Shown here: positions 19,987-30,906 of the stretch, piece by piece | Layout: the number at the start of each line of letters is the position of its first letter | Numbering within the stretch: the first letter of the stretch is position 1 | NCBI GenBank assembly: GCA_051872395.1 | Contig: JBJEDU010000032.1 | Span: 502-64,501, forward strand | Length of the DNA: 64,000 nucleotides | Reading direction: 5' to 3' | From: Bacilli bacterium | GTDB lineage: Bacteria > Bacillota_I > Bacilli_A > RFN20 > CAG-826 | Program-made: the position numbers and the translations under genes | The notes under the pieces: generated by a model | Database searches by the model: none | What the model saw: only the letters and a program-made list of their open reading frames with translations | Told to the model about the DNA's origin: nothing

Positions 19987-20062
19987 TGGTCTCCCGTAGA
20001 AGATTCGAACTTCTGACCCCTTGATTAAAAGTCAAGTGCTCTACCGACTGAGCTAACGGGAG
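19987..20062 (-). tRNA. tRNA-Lys (anticodon TTT)
   Basis: Anticodon loop CUUUUAA, T-loop TTCGAAT, encoded CCA. Confidence 0.85.
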
Positions 20063-20071
20063 GAATAACAT

Positions 20072-20147
20072 TGGCTGGGGTGGGTGGGATCGAACCACCG
20101 AGATGACAGAGTCAAAGTCTGTTGCCTTACCTCTTGGCTACACCCCA
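20072..20147 (-). tRNA. tRNA-Gln (anticodon TTG)
   Basis: UGGGGUG acceptor, anticodon loop CUUUGAC, encoded CCA. Confidence 0.85.
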
Positions 20148-20155
20148 ACAAGGTT

Positions 20156-20239
20156 TGGTGGAGGGGGGCAGATTCGAACCGCCGAACCCGAAGGAGCTGA
20201 TTTACAGTCAGCCGCGTTTAGCCTCTTCGCTACCCCTCC
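20156..20239 (-). tRNA. tRNA-Tyr (anticodon GTA)
   Basis: GGAGGGG acceptor, anticodon loop CUGUAAA, long variable arm, encoded CCA. Confidence 0.85.
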
Positions 20240-20267
20240 AAATAGAACTTCCGTATAAGAGCATTAC

Positions 20268-20343
20268 TGGTGGATGCTGAGGGGCTCGAACCCCCGACCT
20301 CCGCCGTGTAAAGGCGATGCTCTCCCAGCTGAGCTAAGCATCC
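20268..20343 (-). tRNA. tRNA-Val (anticodon TAC)
   Basis: GGAUGCU acceptor, anticodon loop UUUACAC, encoded CCA. Confidence 0.85.
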
Positions 20344-20365
20344 GCGGTCTCATATACGCTCAATT

Positions 20366-20395
20366 ACTATATCACTTTATTAAAGATGTAGTCAA
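20366..20395 (-). promoter_or_regulatory. Putative sigma-A promoter of the Val-Tyr-Gln-Lys-Leu tRNA operon
   Basis: Minus strand reads TTGACT, an 18-nt spacer, then TATAGT, about 21 nt upstream of the tRNA-Val 5' end. Confidence 0.4.
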
Positions 20396-20445
20396 TTAAA
20401 ATTTTACATGTTTTTTGAAAAAAACCGCAGGTAAGAATTTTTTAA

Positions 20446-21729
20446 TTAATATCCTTTCTTTCCAAGAAGGTGAAACATGTTCTTTTTGTATATTTCAACT
20501 CCTGGTTGATTGAATGGATTTATGTCTAATAAATATGCACTCATCGCACATGCTCTCATAAAGAAATAGAAGAAATGACCGAGATTTTTAGCGTTCATTT
20601 TGTCTAATTCGATAACATTGACTGGAACGTTGCCATCTTCTTTATGGGCTTTTAATGTTCCTTCAAATGCTTTTTTATTAACAAAAGATAATTTTTTGCC
20701 TTCGAGATAATTTAATCCATCTAAGTTTTCTTCATCGTGAGGAATTAAAACATCAGTGTCAGTATCATTCACAAAAGTTACTGTTTCAAATAATAGTGGA
20801 GTTCCATCTTGGATGAATTGACCTAAGGAATGTAAATCAGTGGAAAATGTCGCGCTTGTTGGATATAAACCTTTATGTTCTTTTCCTTCACTTTCACCGA
20901 ATAATTGTTTGAGCCATTCGCTTAAGGCTGAATATTGAAGTTCATAAAACACAAACATTTCAAGTGGTTTGTTATTTCGATACATATAATCTCTAGTACA
21001 AGCATATTGATAGCATGGATTAGTGGCTAAGTCATCATTGTTATATAATTTACAGGCTTCTTTTGCTCCTTCCATTAATTCGTCAATATTGATTCCAGCG
21101 ACGGCAAGTGGAAATAAACCAACAGCAGTTAAAACAGAATATCGCCCACCAACATCATCTGGAAGAACATATGTTTGATAGCCTTCATTAGTTGATAATT
21201 GTTTTAAGGCTCCTTTTTCTTTGTCAGTTGTAGCAAAGATGGCTTTTCTGGCTTCTTCTTTACCAACTTTATCTTCTAATAATTGTTTAAATAATCTAAA
21301 AGAAATGCTCGTTTCAGTAGTGGTGCCACTTTTTGAGATGACATTAATGGCAAATTTTTTATCTTTTACATATTCTAATATTTGATAAATGTAATTTGGA
21401 GAAAAGGTATTTCCAACGAAAATTATTTCGATATCATCTTTCTTTTTTAATCCATTTAAAGCATCGATTGCACATTTAGCGCCTAGATAAGATCCTCCAA
21501 TCCCAGCAACAATTAATACTTCAAAATTTTCTCTAACATATTTGGCATCTTTTTTGATTTGTTCAAATTCTTTTTTATCATAATTATTTGGTAATTCCGC
21601 CCAGCCTAAATAATCATTACCTGCTAAAGAGCGATTATTGATTCCTTGATTGATTGTTTTAACTTTATCTTTGTATGATTCAATTATCTTTTTAATTTCG
21701 ACTGCGTTTTCTAAATTAACTTTAAACAT
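20446..21729 (-). CDS. pgi: Glucose-6-phosphate isomerase
   Basis: A 427-aa Gram-positive-type PGI. The SIS domains and the GGRYSLWSA-like motif (GGRYSVLTAVG) are present. Confidence 0.95.
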   Translation of the reverse strand: MFKVNLENAVEIKKIIESYKDKVKTINQGINNRSLAGNDYLGWAELPNNYDKKEFEQIKKDAKYVRENFEVLIVAGIGGSYLGAKCAIDALNGLKKKDDIEIIFVGNTFSPNYIYQILEYVKDKKFAINVISKSGTTTETSISFRLFKQLLEDKVGKEEARKAIFATTDKEKGALKQLSTNEGYQTYVLPDDVGGRYSVLTAVGLFPLAVAGINIDELMEGAKEACKLYNNDDLATNPCYQYACTRDYMYRNNKPLEMFVFYELQYSALSEWLKQLFGESEGKEHKGLYPTSATFSTDLHSLGQFIQDGTPLLFETVTFVNDTDTDVLIPHDEENLDGLNYLEGKKLSFVNKKAFEGTLKAHKEDGNVPVNVIELDKMNAKNLGHFFYFFMRACAMSAYLLDINPFNQPGVEIYKKNMFHLLGKKGY

Positions 21730-21730
21730 A

Positions 21731-22108
21731 TTATTTGTTTTTCTCCTTATTAGCTTCTTCTAAAGTATTGTTGATCCAAGTATCTAAATTATTTTGTAAA
21801 GGTAAAAAGTCATCATCTTCACATTCAAATTTTTTTCTTCTTGAATTTTTATGAGTGGAATATTGTTCTTCTTTTGGAACTTGTTTTAATGAAACTCTCA
21901 TAAATCCGTTTTTTTCATCAATAGAAATGATTTTGACTTTGATTTCATCACCTTTTGAGGCAAATTTTTCTATATCTTTAATAAAACCATTACCTAGTTC
22001 GGATATATGTAAAAGACCACAGATGCCATCATCAAATTTCATGAAGATGGCGTATGGTTTAACATCGCTAACACTTCCTTGAACTATATCGCCAATTTGA
22101 TATTTCAT
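21731..22108 (-). CDS. S1 RNA-binding domain protein (general stress protein 13 / YugI-like)
   Basis: S1 fold signature GDIVQGSV...GLLHISEL. The start is 2 nt after the pgi start region, so it looks like an operon. Confidence 0.75.
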   Translation of the reverse strand: MKYQIGDIVQGSVSDVKPYAIFMKFDDGICGLLHISELGNGFIKDIEKFASKGDEIKVKIISIDEKNGFMRVSLKQVPKEEQYSTHKNSRRKKFECEDDDFLPLQNNLDTWINNTLEEANKEKNK

Positions 22109-22153
22109 ACCGTGTATATAATAAAACTTTTATTATAAATGTTTAACAAAAAG

Positions 22154-22984
22154 TTATTTTTTTGCTAAAGAAATTTCCTTTTTATCAATTTCTTCTTGAA
22201 GTGCGACAGAATCGATAATTAGTTTGACTACTTTTTCTAAATCTGAATTTGTGCTGTAGTCGGCTTTACAAATGAAATTAACCCTTCCATCTGTGTATAT
22301 TTGTTTTACCCTATCACTTTCTTTTTCAGGATAGACAGCGATAGATCGTCCTCCATTTTGTTTGACTAAAGTCATACAAGCAATATCAGTCATTCCATCT
22401 CCTAAATATATAATATTTCGGTAAGGAATTCTTAATCCTGGTGTTTTCTTATTTACTGAATTGTCGTCGGTTATATCGACAACCCCTTTTGCGATTCTAA
22501 AGAAAAATTGAGTTTTTTGAGTGTAATTTATCGCTAATTTTGGCCAAGCAGGTTCGCCGTTTTCATCATAGTAATATTCACATCCAAATACTGCAGTAAA
22601 TTCATTAAATATTTGGCTTCCTTCAACTATTTCTTTTGTCCCAGAACTAACCAAATAATGTTCGACAGTTACACCTTTTTCTTTTCCATATTCATTGATT
22701 CTTTTAAACCAAGTAGTGACACCTGGAAAAAATTTGATGTTCTTTCCACATTCTCTTAGATATTCTCTTGTCAATTTAATTCCTTTGTCTTTGGCCATTT
22801 TAACCATCATATACATGTATGATAAAATTCTTTCCACACCTTCTTTTTCGGTGAAGACACTTGTTTCACCCCAGAATTCTTGTGGTGTTAATCCTAAACT
22901 TGGAATAAATGAATAATTTTGCATGTCGGTCGTTGATAACGTTTTATCAAAATCGTACATGATTGCTACTATACTTTTTCCCAT
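22154..22984 (-). CDS. HAD-superfamily hydrolase
   Basis: N-terminal DxD motif MYDFDKT (motif I) and a C-terminal GDGMTD (motif IV). Confidence 0.7.
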   Translation of the reverse strand: MGKSIVAIMYDFDKTLSTTDMQNYSFIPSLGLTPQEFWGETSVFTEKEGVERILSYMYMMVKMAKDKGIKLTREYLRECGKNIKFFPGVTTWFKRINEYGKEKGVTVEHYLVSSGTKEIVEGSQIFNEFTAVFGCEYYYDENGEPAWPKLAINYTQKTQFFFRIAKGVVDITDDNSVNKKTPGLRIPYRNIIYLGDGMTDIACMTLVKQNGGRSIAVYPEKESDRVKQIYTDGRVNFICKADYSTNSDLEKVVKLIIDSVALQEEIDKKEISLAKK

Positions 22985-23103
22985 AATTAACCTCGCTTTT
23001 TATTATCTCATAATTATTGAAATTTAGTCAAATATAATGAATTTCTTCTATGAAGAATTCAATATAGGGTTGAAAAAATTATTTTCAAATGTAGAATAAA
23101 GTT

Positions 23104-23640
23104 ATGTTAATTTTAAATGCTGTTTTAACTTGGACTATTATCATTATACTTATTGTGCTTGTTGGATTTTTTATTTTGAATGTTTTAATTGGTGCGACTT
23201 TTTATTCTATTTTTTATCACAAATTAAAAAAGGGAAGAAGAGCAATCACAATTATTATTCAAGCAAAATATGATTTGATTTCTAAAATTATTGAGCTTTT
23301 AGAAAATAGAATAGATATTTCCAATATTAAATCTCTATTTAATGAAATTGATGTTGCATCTTTTAGAAAAGTTGAAAAAGAAGATTTTAAAGTTTCAAAA
23401 GATAATTTGGCAATTATTAAAAATGAGTTATTTAAAGTTATTAAAGAAAATAAAGAATTATCTGAAGATGAAGAAATTTCGCTATTAGTTTCTAACATTA
23501 TTGAGAATGATAATTGTTATCGTAGTCAAATTGTAACTTATAATTCTAATATTCAAGGATACAGTTACTGGATAAAGTTTTTACCAAGCCGATTTATTTT
23601 TAAATTTGCGAAGATTAAAGCAAAAACTCCTCTTTCATAA
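23104..23640 (+). CDS. LemA-family membrane protein (putative)
   Basis: N-terminal TM helix. The segment IIIQAKYDLISKIIE resembles the LemA core QLKRRYDLIPNLVE. Confidence 0.5.
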   Translation: MLILNAVLTWTIIIILIVLVGFFILNVLIGATFYSIFYHKLKKGRRAITIIIQAKYDLISKIIELLENRIDISNIKSLFNEIDVASFRKVEKEDFKVSKDNLAIIKNELFKVIKENKELSEDEEISLLVSNIIENDNCYRSQIVTYNSNIQGYSYWIKFLPSRFIFKFAKIKAKTPLS

Positions 23641-23681
23641 TGTATTTTGCTTTCTTAATATTTAAATATTAAATATAATAT

Positions 23682-23716
23682 ATCTCGGAGAATAACTTCT
23701 TCGAGATTTTATTTCT
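23682..23716 (+). terminator. Intrinsic terminator after the LemA-like gene
   Basis: ATCTCGGAG-AATAACT-TCTTCGAGAT hairpin followed by a T-rich tail. Confidence 0.55.
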
Positions 23717-23794
23717 CTTAATAAAATTTATAAATTATAGAAAAGAAAGGAGTATTATTCAAATAACATTTGTTATTTAAATAAAAGAAAAGAT

Positions 23795-25399
23795 ATGAAT
23801 AAAAAACCTATTATTTTATGTATTATGGATGGTTATGGTTTAAGAGCGTCACCTCATGGCAATGGAGTCACTCAAGCAAAAAAACCAAACCTCGATAAGT
23901 TCTTCAATAAATATGCTTTTACAATGATAAACGCTAGTGGGGAATATGTTGGACTTCCAGATGGACAAATGGGTAATTCTGAAGTTGGTCATATGAATAT
24001 TGGCGCGGGTCGAATTGTTTATCAATCATTGACTCTAATTAATAAAGCTATTAAGGAAGGAACATTTTTTGATAACAAAGAATATAAAGCCGCGATTGAA
24101 AATGTCAAAAAGAACAAAAGTAAATTGCATATTATGGCTTTAATGAGTGATGGTGGTGTCCATTCCCATATTCGTCACGTTTTAGCGATGATTGAAATGG
24201 CCAAAAAAGAAGGTCTTGATGATGTTTATATTCATTGCTTTATGGATGGAAGAGATGTCGATCCTCAAGCAGGTGTTAAATACATCGATATGATTCAAGC
24301 AAAAATTGATGAACTTCACTTTGGTAAAATCGCTGATATCGGTGGTAGATATTGGGGCATGGATCGAGATAAGAACATGGACCGAGTTGATGTGGCATAT
24401 CGCGTAATGGTAGATCATGATGGTCCTTCATTTACTGATTATCACCAATTTTTCGTAGATCAATATGCCTATTTACCAACGATCGGAAAAGATCCAAGTG
24501 ATGAATTTATCATTCCGCATTATAATGCGAATGTCGATGGTAGAATCCAAGATAATGATTCAGTCATTTTCATGAATTATCGTCCAGATCGTGCGATTCA
24601 AATTTCTACTTTATTGACGAATCCTTTATTTTATAAAAACCCACCTTTAAAAGAAGATAAAACCCCAGCATTTAAAGCGTATGAACCTGAACACAAATTA
24701 AAAAATATTCACTATGTTTGTACAATGAAATACGCAGATAGTGTGAAAGGTCATATCGCTTTCGAACTTCCTAAATTAACAAATATTTTAGGAACCTATT
24801 TAGCAGATAATGGTTACTCTCAATTGCGTATTGCTGAAACAGAAAAATACGCGCATGTTACTTTCTTCTTTGATGGCACAATGAATTTTGATGGTGTTGA
24901 AAGACCAGAACTTAAAAATTCAAAGAGAATTTTGATTAATTCACCAAAAGTTGCGACTTATGATTTAAAACCAGAAATGAGTGCTCATGAAGTTTTATCT
25001 GCCTTATTAACTGAACTTAATAAAGATTATTTAGATGTCGTTATTTTGAACTTCGCTAATTGTGATATGGTTGGTCATACTGCCGTTAACGATGCGGTTG
25101 TTAAAGCTGTGGAAACTGTTGATTACTGCGTTGGTAAAATTATTGATTGGTGCGAAGAAAATAATGGCACATTATTAATTACTGCGGACCACGGAAACGC
25201 TGAAGAATTTTTAGATGATGAAAATCGTCCATTTACTGCCCATACAACAAATTTAGTCCCTTTTGCTATCAATAGAACTGATATCAAATTAATGAAAAAA
25301 GGTGGCAAACTCGCTAATATCGCTCCAACAATATTAGATTTATTAGGTTTAAAGAAACCTGTGGAAATGGATGAAGAATCTCTCATTATTCACGAATAA
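23795..25399 (+). CDS. gpmI: 2,3-bisphosphoglycerate-independent phosphoglycerate mutase
   Basis: Motifs LCIMDGYGL, NSEVGHMNIGAGR and ADHGNAE. 534 aa. Confidence 0.95.
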   Translation: MNKKPIILCIMDGYGLRASPHGNGVTQAKKPNLDKFFNKYAFTMINASGEYVGLPDGQMGNSEVGHMNIGAGRIVYQSLTLINKAIKEGTFFDNKEYKAAIENVKKNKSKLHIMALMSDGGVHSHIRHVLAMIEMAKKEGLDDVYIHCFMDGRDVDPQAGVKYIDMIQAKIDELHFGKIADIGGRYWGMDRDKNMDRVDVAYRVMVDHDGPSFTDYHQFFVDQYAYLPTIGKDPSDEFIIPHYNANVDGRIQDNDSVIFMNYRPDRAIQISTLLTNPLFYKNPPLKEDKTPAFKAYEPEHKLKNIHYVCTMKYADSVKGHIAFELPKLTNILGTYLADNGYSQLRIAETEKYAHVTFFFDGTMNFDGVERPELKNSKRILINSPKVATYDLKPEMSAHEVLSALLTELNKDYLDVVILNFANCDMVGHTAVNDAVVKAVETVDYCVGKIIDWCEENNGTLLITADHGNAEEFLDDENRPFTAHTTNLVPFAINRTDIKLMKKGGKLANIAPTILDLLGLKKPVEMDEESLIIHE

Positions 25400-25422
25400 T
25401 AGATAAGAAAGGAAAATAATAA

Positions 25423-27132
25423 ATGAGTAAAATTGATAATTTAAAATTTGAAGACTTTAAAGTTAAAACCCCTTCTTTAAAACGAATTTCTTCTCGTTTT
25501 GAAGCAATATTGACGGAATTAGAAAAATCTACTTCTGCTTCTGAAGCACTTAAGGCAATTAAAAAATGGAATAAATATAGTGATTCCGTTCAAACTGATT
25601 TTTCGATTATTTATGTTCGCTATTCATTAAACACTACTGATCCTGTAGCAAAGAAAAATCAAAATTTAGTAGATAGTATTTCTCCATATATTTCTAGTTA
25701 TAACAATCGATATATTAAGTTTTTATTAAATTGTCCTTTTAGAAAAGAATTGGAAGATAAATTTGGTTCTTATGTTTTTGAAATGTATGAAGCACAATTA
25801 AAAACTTTTGATGAAAAGATTATTCCTGATTTAGTTACTGAAAACCAATTAGTGAGTAAATACGATGCAATTATTGGCTCTGCAGAAATTGAGTTTAGAG
25901 GAGAAAAACTCAACATCAGCCAATTAGGAAAATATTCCACTAGCGAGGATAGGGCTACTCGAAGAGAAGCTTCATTATTGCTTGATAATTGGTTTTTTGA
26001 ACATGAACAAGAAATTGGTGACATTTATTCTCAATTAGTTACTCTTCGTGATAAAATCGCTCACGAATTAGGATTTGAATCATTCGTAGAACTTGGTTAT
26101 CTCCGTTTAGGAAGATTAGATTATAATCACGAAGATGCAAAAAAATATCGTGATCAAATAACTAAAGAAGTTGTTCCTTTGTCTACAAAATTGTTCAAAG
26201 AACAAATGAAGTCATTAGGTATTAGAAATCCTCAATATTATGACTATAATTTATCTTTTAAAACTGGAAATCCAAAACCAGTTGGTGATGAAGCAGTCTT
26301 GGTAAAGAAAGCTGAAGAAATGTATAAAGAAATGTCAAAAGAAACTGGTGACTTCTTCTTATTTATGGAAGAACATCACTTGATGGATCTTTCTAGTCGC
26401 AGTGGTAAAGTAGGTGGAGGATATTGTACTTATTTCCCTGATTATAAAGCCCCATTCATTTTCTCTAATTTCAATGGTACAGAAGGGGATGTGAATGTTT
26501 TGACTCATGAATTTGGTCATGCTTTCCAAGCATATTTATCAAGTAATATTAGAGTCCCTGAATATCGTTCTCCAACTTTAGAAGCATGCGAAATTCATTC
26601 AATGTCTATGGAATTCTTTGCTTGGCCATATGCAGATAATTTCTTCGATAATGGTGACAAATATCGTTATTCACATTTAAAGGACGCTATTACATTTTTA
26701 CCTTATGGTATTTCCATTGATGAATTCCAACATTGGGTATATGAATATCCAACTGCCACACATATGGAAAGATGCCAAAAATGGAAAGAAATTGAATCTA
26801 AAAATTTACCAAATCGTAAATTTGATGAATGCAAATCTTATTCTCACGGTTCTTGGTGGATAAAACAATCTCATATATTCGGTAGCCCATTTTATTATAT
26901 TGATTACACTCTTGCGCAAGTTGTTGCCTTCCAATTTTTCATTGAAAGTCGCAAAAACAAAGAACGCGCTTGGAAGAAATATGTCAAATTATGTAAATTT
27001 GGTGGAAAAGCACCTTTTGTTACTTTACTAAAACAAAATAATTTAAGAAATCCTTTCTTGGATGGTAATGTTAAAAAGGCTATTGCTCCATTAAAGAAAA
27101 TATTAAAAGAATTTGATATTTCTAATTTCTAA
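25423..27132 (+). CDS. pepF: M3B-family oligoendopeptidase (PepF-like)
   Basis: HEFGHAFQAY zinc-binding HExxH with a downstream E. Size is about 570 aa. Confidence 0.85.
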   Translation: MSKIDNLKFEDFKVKTPSLKRISSRFEAILTELEKSTSASEALKAIKKWNKYSDSVQTDFSIIYVRYSLNTTDPVAKKNQNLVDSISPYISSYNNRYIKFLLNCPFRKELEDKFGSYVFEMYEAQLKTFDEKIIPDLVTENQLVSKYDAIIGSAEIEFRGEKLNISQLGKYSTSEDRATRREASLLLDNWFFEHEQEIGDIYSQLVTLRDKIAHELGFESFVELGYLRLGRLDYNHEDAKKYRDQITKEVVPLSTKLFKEQMKSLGIRNPQYYDYNLSFKTGNPKPVGDEAVLVKKAEEMYKEMSKETGDFFLFMEEHHLMDLSSRSGKVGGGYCTYFPDYKAPFIFSNFNGTEGDVNVLTHEFGHAFQAYLSSNIRVPEYRSPTLEACEIHSMSMEFFAWPYADNFFDNGDKYRYSHLKDAITFLPYGISIDEFQHWVYEYPTATHMERCQKWKEIESKNLPNRKFDECKSYSHGSWWIKQSHIFGSPFYYIDYTLAQVVAFQFFIESRKNKERAWKKYVKLCKFGGKAPFVTLLKQNNLRNPFLDGNVKKAIAPLKKILKEFDISNF

Positions 27133-27196
27133 TAAGCATAATAAAAAGTCCTTAAATTTTAATCTAACAATTAATTAAAACAAGGACTTTTTTATT

Positions 27197-27658
27197 TTAT
27201 AAATCTTTTCTTAACGCTAAAACATTAAGAACACTAGCGACGATAGAAAACGCTAAAGTTAAATATGGTCCAGGTAAAGTGGTTAATTTAGAAAATGAAT
27301 CGATCATTCCGTTAGTGAGAGAGAACCATAATTGAGTTAACATGACAATGACTGCACCAACGATAGTTAAGCACACTGCGCTGATGAGAACAATCTTTTC
27401 AACTTTAATTGATATTTCAACAGGCGGCAAAGCAATGATGAACACTTCTATTAAAGCGACAACAATTAACATATAGCCAACAAAAGTAGGCCATGAACCA
27501 TTGATAAATCCATCCGCGGAATTGAAAAATATTTGACTAGCGTTATAAATTTTTCCATTCATCATACTAAGAGATGGAATAAACATCATCAAAATCGCCA
27601 AGGCACTAAATAGTAAACCAATCCACATTAATCCAACACTTGATATACTTTTTTTCAT
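27197..27658 (-). CDS. Hypothetical 4-TM membrane protein
   Basis: Hydrophobic ORF. Its size and topology are similar to the next gene, so it may be a tandem paralog. Confidence 0.5.
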   Translation of the reverse strand: MKKSISSVGLMWIGLLFSALAILMMFIPSLSMMNGKIYNASQIFFNSADGFINGSWPTFVGYMLIVVALIEVFIIALPPVEISIKVEKIVLISAVCLTIVGAVIVMLTQLWFSLTNGMIDSFSKLTTLPGPYLTLAFSIVASVLNVLALRKDL

Positions 27659-27670
27659 ACAACAGACTCC

Positions 27671-28168
27671 TTATTTCTTAAAATTTTCTAGATATAGAAC
27701 AGTTCCAGAAGTAGCCATCATCAAAAACGTTACGATAATAGCTATGATTGGTGTCGTTGATAATTTAAAATTTGTTTTAGTAATGGAAGATAACGCATCA
27801 ACATAACCCGATTCAAACGATGCAGGAATAACAAATAATAATACGACACTGACAAGTAATAAAACTAAAGAAGAAACAGTGATAATCATTGATATTCTTT
27901 TATCCATTTTCTTAATGAATATTGGTAATGCCATTAATATTCCAACGATAAGTATGATTACATAAGCGAAAAATCCTGTAATGTTTGGTTTTATAGTATT
28001 TGATGAGTTGCCTTCAAAAAATACTTCAGCAAAAGTGTAAGTATATTGTTCGCTAATTGATAATTGTTCATTTGTAATAGTGAGAATTACTTGATTACCA
28101 AACAACATGCAAAAACCTAAAACCGCTAAAACAACTGTTACCAATCTTATGATTTTATTTAGTTTCAT
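27671..28168 (-). CDS. Hypothetical 4-TM membrane protein
   Basis: Hydrophobic ORF 12 nt upstream of the previous one. Confidence 0.5.
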   Translation of the reverse strand: MKLNKIIRLVTVVLAVLGFCMLFGNQVILTITNEQLSISEQYTYTFAEVFFEGNSSNTIKPNITGFFAYVIILIVGILMALPIFIKKMDKRISMIITVSSLVLLLVSVVLLFVIPASFESGYVDALSSITKTNFKLSTTPIIAIIVTFLMMATSGTVLYLENFKK

Positions 28169-28259
28169 TTACTTTACCTCCTTGTTTATTATTATAAATA
28201 TTAATATTTATTTCTCAAATAATATTTTGTTGTTATATTTATTGATTTCATCTTTTCCT

Positions 28260-28700
28260 TTAGGAATGGGTGAATTTCATTAAATAACGGGAATTCTTTA
28301 TATTTTTAATTATTTTAAATCCATGCTTTTCATATAAAGAAATTGCTTTTTTATTATTAATAAATACAAATAAATAAATTGGTTCTTTTGTGGATGACAA
28401 ACAATTTGAAATTATTTTTGAACCAATTCCTTTATTTCTAAATTGTTCAAATACATATAAATCTTCAATTTCGTATTTTCCTTCTTCATTTCTTGAAAAA
28501 TGAAAATAACCAACTTTTATGTTATCGATATAAATTGTGTTATATTCATCAATTTTATCTATTATTTTTTTATGAACAAAATCTAAAACTTTTTCATAAT
28601 TAATAGCGCTTATATTCTCATATTCATCAATTAATTGCTTAGAATATTTAAAAATTATCTCAATATCTTCCTTTTTAGATTTTTGATATGTTAATTCCAT
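28260..28700 (-). CDS. GNAT-family N-acetyltransferase
   Basis: Acetyl-CoA binding motif VFEQFRNKGIGSKII (Q/RxxGxG/A). Confidence 0.8.
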   Translation of the reverse strand: MELTYQKSKKEDIEIIFKYSKQLIDEYENISAINYEKVLDFVHKKIIDKIDEYNTIYIDNIKVGYFHFSRNEEGKYEIEDLYVFEQFRNKGIGSKIISNCLSSTKEPIYLFVFINNKKAISLYEKHGFKIIKNIKNSRYLMKFTHS

Positions 28701-28753
28701 TTTAATCCTCTTTTATTAATTATCTATTATATTTTAAATAAGTGATTTAAAAT

Positions 28754-28786
28754 AAAAAACCTAGATACAATCTAGGAAATTTTTAT
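28754..28786. terminator. Palindromic intrinsic terminator downstream (minus strand) of tRNA-Leu(GAG)
   Basis: AAAAAACCTAGAT-ACAA-TCTAGGAAATTTTT. It is near-identical to the hairpin at 19701. Confidence 0.7.
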
Positions 28787-28788
28787 AT

Positions 28789-28872
28789 TGGTGCGCGAGA
28801 TGAGACTTGAACTCACACGATGTTAGTCATACGCCCCTCAAACGTACGCGTCTACCATTCCGCCACTCGCGC
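28789..28872 (-). tRNA. tRNA-Leu (anticodon GAG)
   Basis: GCGCGAG acceptor, anticodon stem UACGU/GCGUA with loop UUGAGGG, long variable arm, encoded CCA. Confidence 0.8.
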
Positions 28873-28917
28873 AACAGCGCTTATTTATTATCTTTTATTT
28901 CGCTAGAAATATCAAGA

Positions 28918-30906
28918 TTAAATATAGTTAAAGTTTATAAATAAATGAAATAATAGTGAAGATATGCAATATATAGAAATTATTGTTACAAAAATATTTG
29001 TTATAGTTTTATTAAATTTATTTTTCTGATTTGATAGATATTGAATTATAAACCCAACTAAAAGAGCAAAAGTAAAATATAAAATTCCTAAATATCTAAA
29101 GTCCATCGTACAAGCATATGGCATTTGAATATTAAACAAAAGAAACGAAACGATGAACGTAAATGTTGGTGCGATAGCGAATACAATATTTAAATAATTT
29201 TTATTATTAAACACTTTCTTTTTAATTATCAAAATTAAAGATGCAATTGTTAAAGAAATAAATACAAAGAATAAAATGTACCCAATAACATCTTTTTTAA
29301 ATAAGAAGACGATTGATAAATATAAAGAAACAATCAATGTAAAGACATATAGAGTATTAAATTTTTTCTCTTTTGTCATTTTAATCACTATATAAATAGT
29401 GACTAATATCAAAGATACAAAAAGTAAAGTATTCGCAACATATAAAATGACGCTAGTGTATAAGTTAGTATATGAAAATTCTCCAAAGATGGAAGATTTT
29501 AGCATTGATACATAAATATTATAGTCTTGTGGGTAAGCGGTATTTGATGCCCATAATTGCATAAATATATTGGAAAAATATTGAGAAAAAGGAAAGATAA
29601 CAAATCTTTGAAAATAATTTTTTGTTGGGTCCACTAATAAGTTGTGATTAAGATTATCCCAGACATAATTAAATGGCTGATTATAATTTAAATAATTATA
29701 AATAGGCCAATACATTCCGATAGGGAAAACGATTATCGCAAATGTTATAAATAATCCAAAAGCATATAATGTTTTTTTACTTTTAATTAATTTGATAAAT
29801 ATATAGACAAATTCAAAGAAAATAGGAATAGCGATCATCGCTCCACTAACTTTTGAAGCCATGCCTAACCCAATTGAAAACGCTAATAAAATTATTGTTT
29901 TAAAGTTTTGTTTATAGAAAAATTTTATAGCAAGATAAACTGAAGCGTGAATAAAAAACCATAGAAGTGGATCGTTATTACTCATTGCGCTCACTCTAAT
30001 TAAAAATGGTGAACAAACAAATAATAATAAAGAAATAGAAATGGCTTTTTCACTCTTTAGAAATAAGCGTAGTGTTTTATAAGTAAAATATAATTCTAAT
30101 ATTGATAAAGTCGTCGTTAAAATTCTTATTGATTCATATAAAACAAATGTATCTTTTGTGTTTAAAACAAAAGACATAAAATGCATAAAATAAGCATACG
30201 TATAATGAGCAAATTTAGGATGATAAAATTGATAAGAAGCTTTTAATGATGGTAGTTGATTAGCGTCTAAAAGTAAATCAGGAATCTTGTTGTAATAATA
30301 GATGTGCATCGTTATAGAATAATGTCCGTTGTAGTTTAAACTCCACACATCGTATTGTCGGGTAAAAATGTTATCGGTAATATTCATATAAAATAAACGA
30401 ATTATTATACCGATAAAGGCAATTAAGATAATTGTTCTTTTAAATGATAATTTCTTTTTGAAATGTAAATAAAATAAAGCAAATAAAATTAAAGAAATCA
30501 AAATGAAAGAAGTAATAAAAACATCTAAGTGATTGATGCTATTAACAAAATTTCTTCCAGCTGTTTGAAGCGCTTGTTTATCGGCTTTTAGTATATTAGG
30601 CTGATATAGATTTAAATTGAGGCTTCCTTTAGTTAAAGAAAATATTGCATAACTAATAAATGTTAAAATGAAGACTAAAATAAAAGCATATAAAAACGAT
30701 AATTTACTTCGATATAATCGTAAAATTATATTTTTTAAATTCGTTAATGCATCATCTTTAGTTTCTTTAAAATATTGTATTGGATGCGTTGACAATTTTA
30801 AAAAAGAATACGTAACTTTTCTTTTTGCTAACAATGAATAGATAATTAAAACAAAAAACAATAATAAAAAAGATATAGCGATTATGAAAGGAATATTATT
30901 TATCAT
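28918..30906 (-). CDS. Polytopic GT-C superfamily glycosyltransferase (ArnT / PMT_2-like, polyprenyl-phosphate-sugar dependent)
   Basis: 662 aa with about 14 predicted TM helices and short loops. The arrangement is typical of the ArnT / protein-O-mannosyltransferase-like family. It overlaps the upstream oxidoreductase gene by 11 nt. Confidence 0.6.
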   Translation of the reverse strand: MINNIPFIIAISFLLLFFVLIIYSLLAKRKVTYSFLKLSTHPIQYFKETKDDALTNLKNIILRLYRSKLSFLYAFILVFILTFISYAIFSLTKGSLNLNLYQPNILKADKQALQTAGRNFVNSINHLDVFITSFILISLILFALFYLHFKKKLSFKRTIILIAFIGIIIRLFYMNITDNIFTRQYDVWSLNYNGHYSITMHIYYYNKIPDLLLDANQLPSLKASYQFYHPKFAHYTYAYFMHFMSFVLNTKDTFVLYESIRILTTTLSILELYFTYKTLRLFLKSEKAISISLLLFVCSPFLIRVSAMSNNDPLLWFFIHASVYLAIKFFYKQNFKTIILLAFSIGLGMASKVSGAMIAIPIFFEFVYIFIKLIKSKKTLYAFGLFITFAIIVFPIGMYWPIYNYLNYNQPFNYVWDNLNHNLLVDPTKNYFQRFVIFPFSQYFSNIFMQLWASNTAYPQDYNIYVSMLKSSIFGEFSYTNLYTSVILYVANTLLFVSLILVTIYIVIKMTKEKKFNTLYVFTLIVSLYLSIVFLFKKDVIGYILFFVFISLTIASLILIIKKKVFNNKNYLNIVFAIAPTFTFIVSFLLFNIQMPYACTMDFRYLGILYFTFALLVGFIIQYLSNQKNKFNKTITNIFVTIISIYCISSLLFHLFINFNYI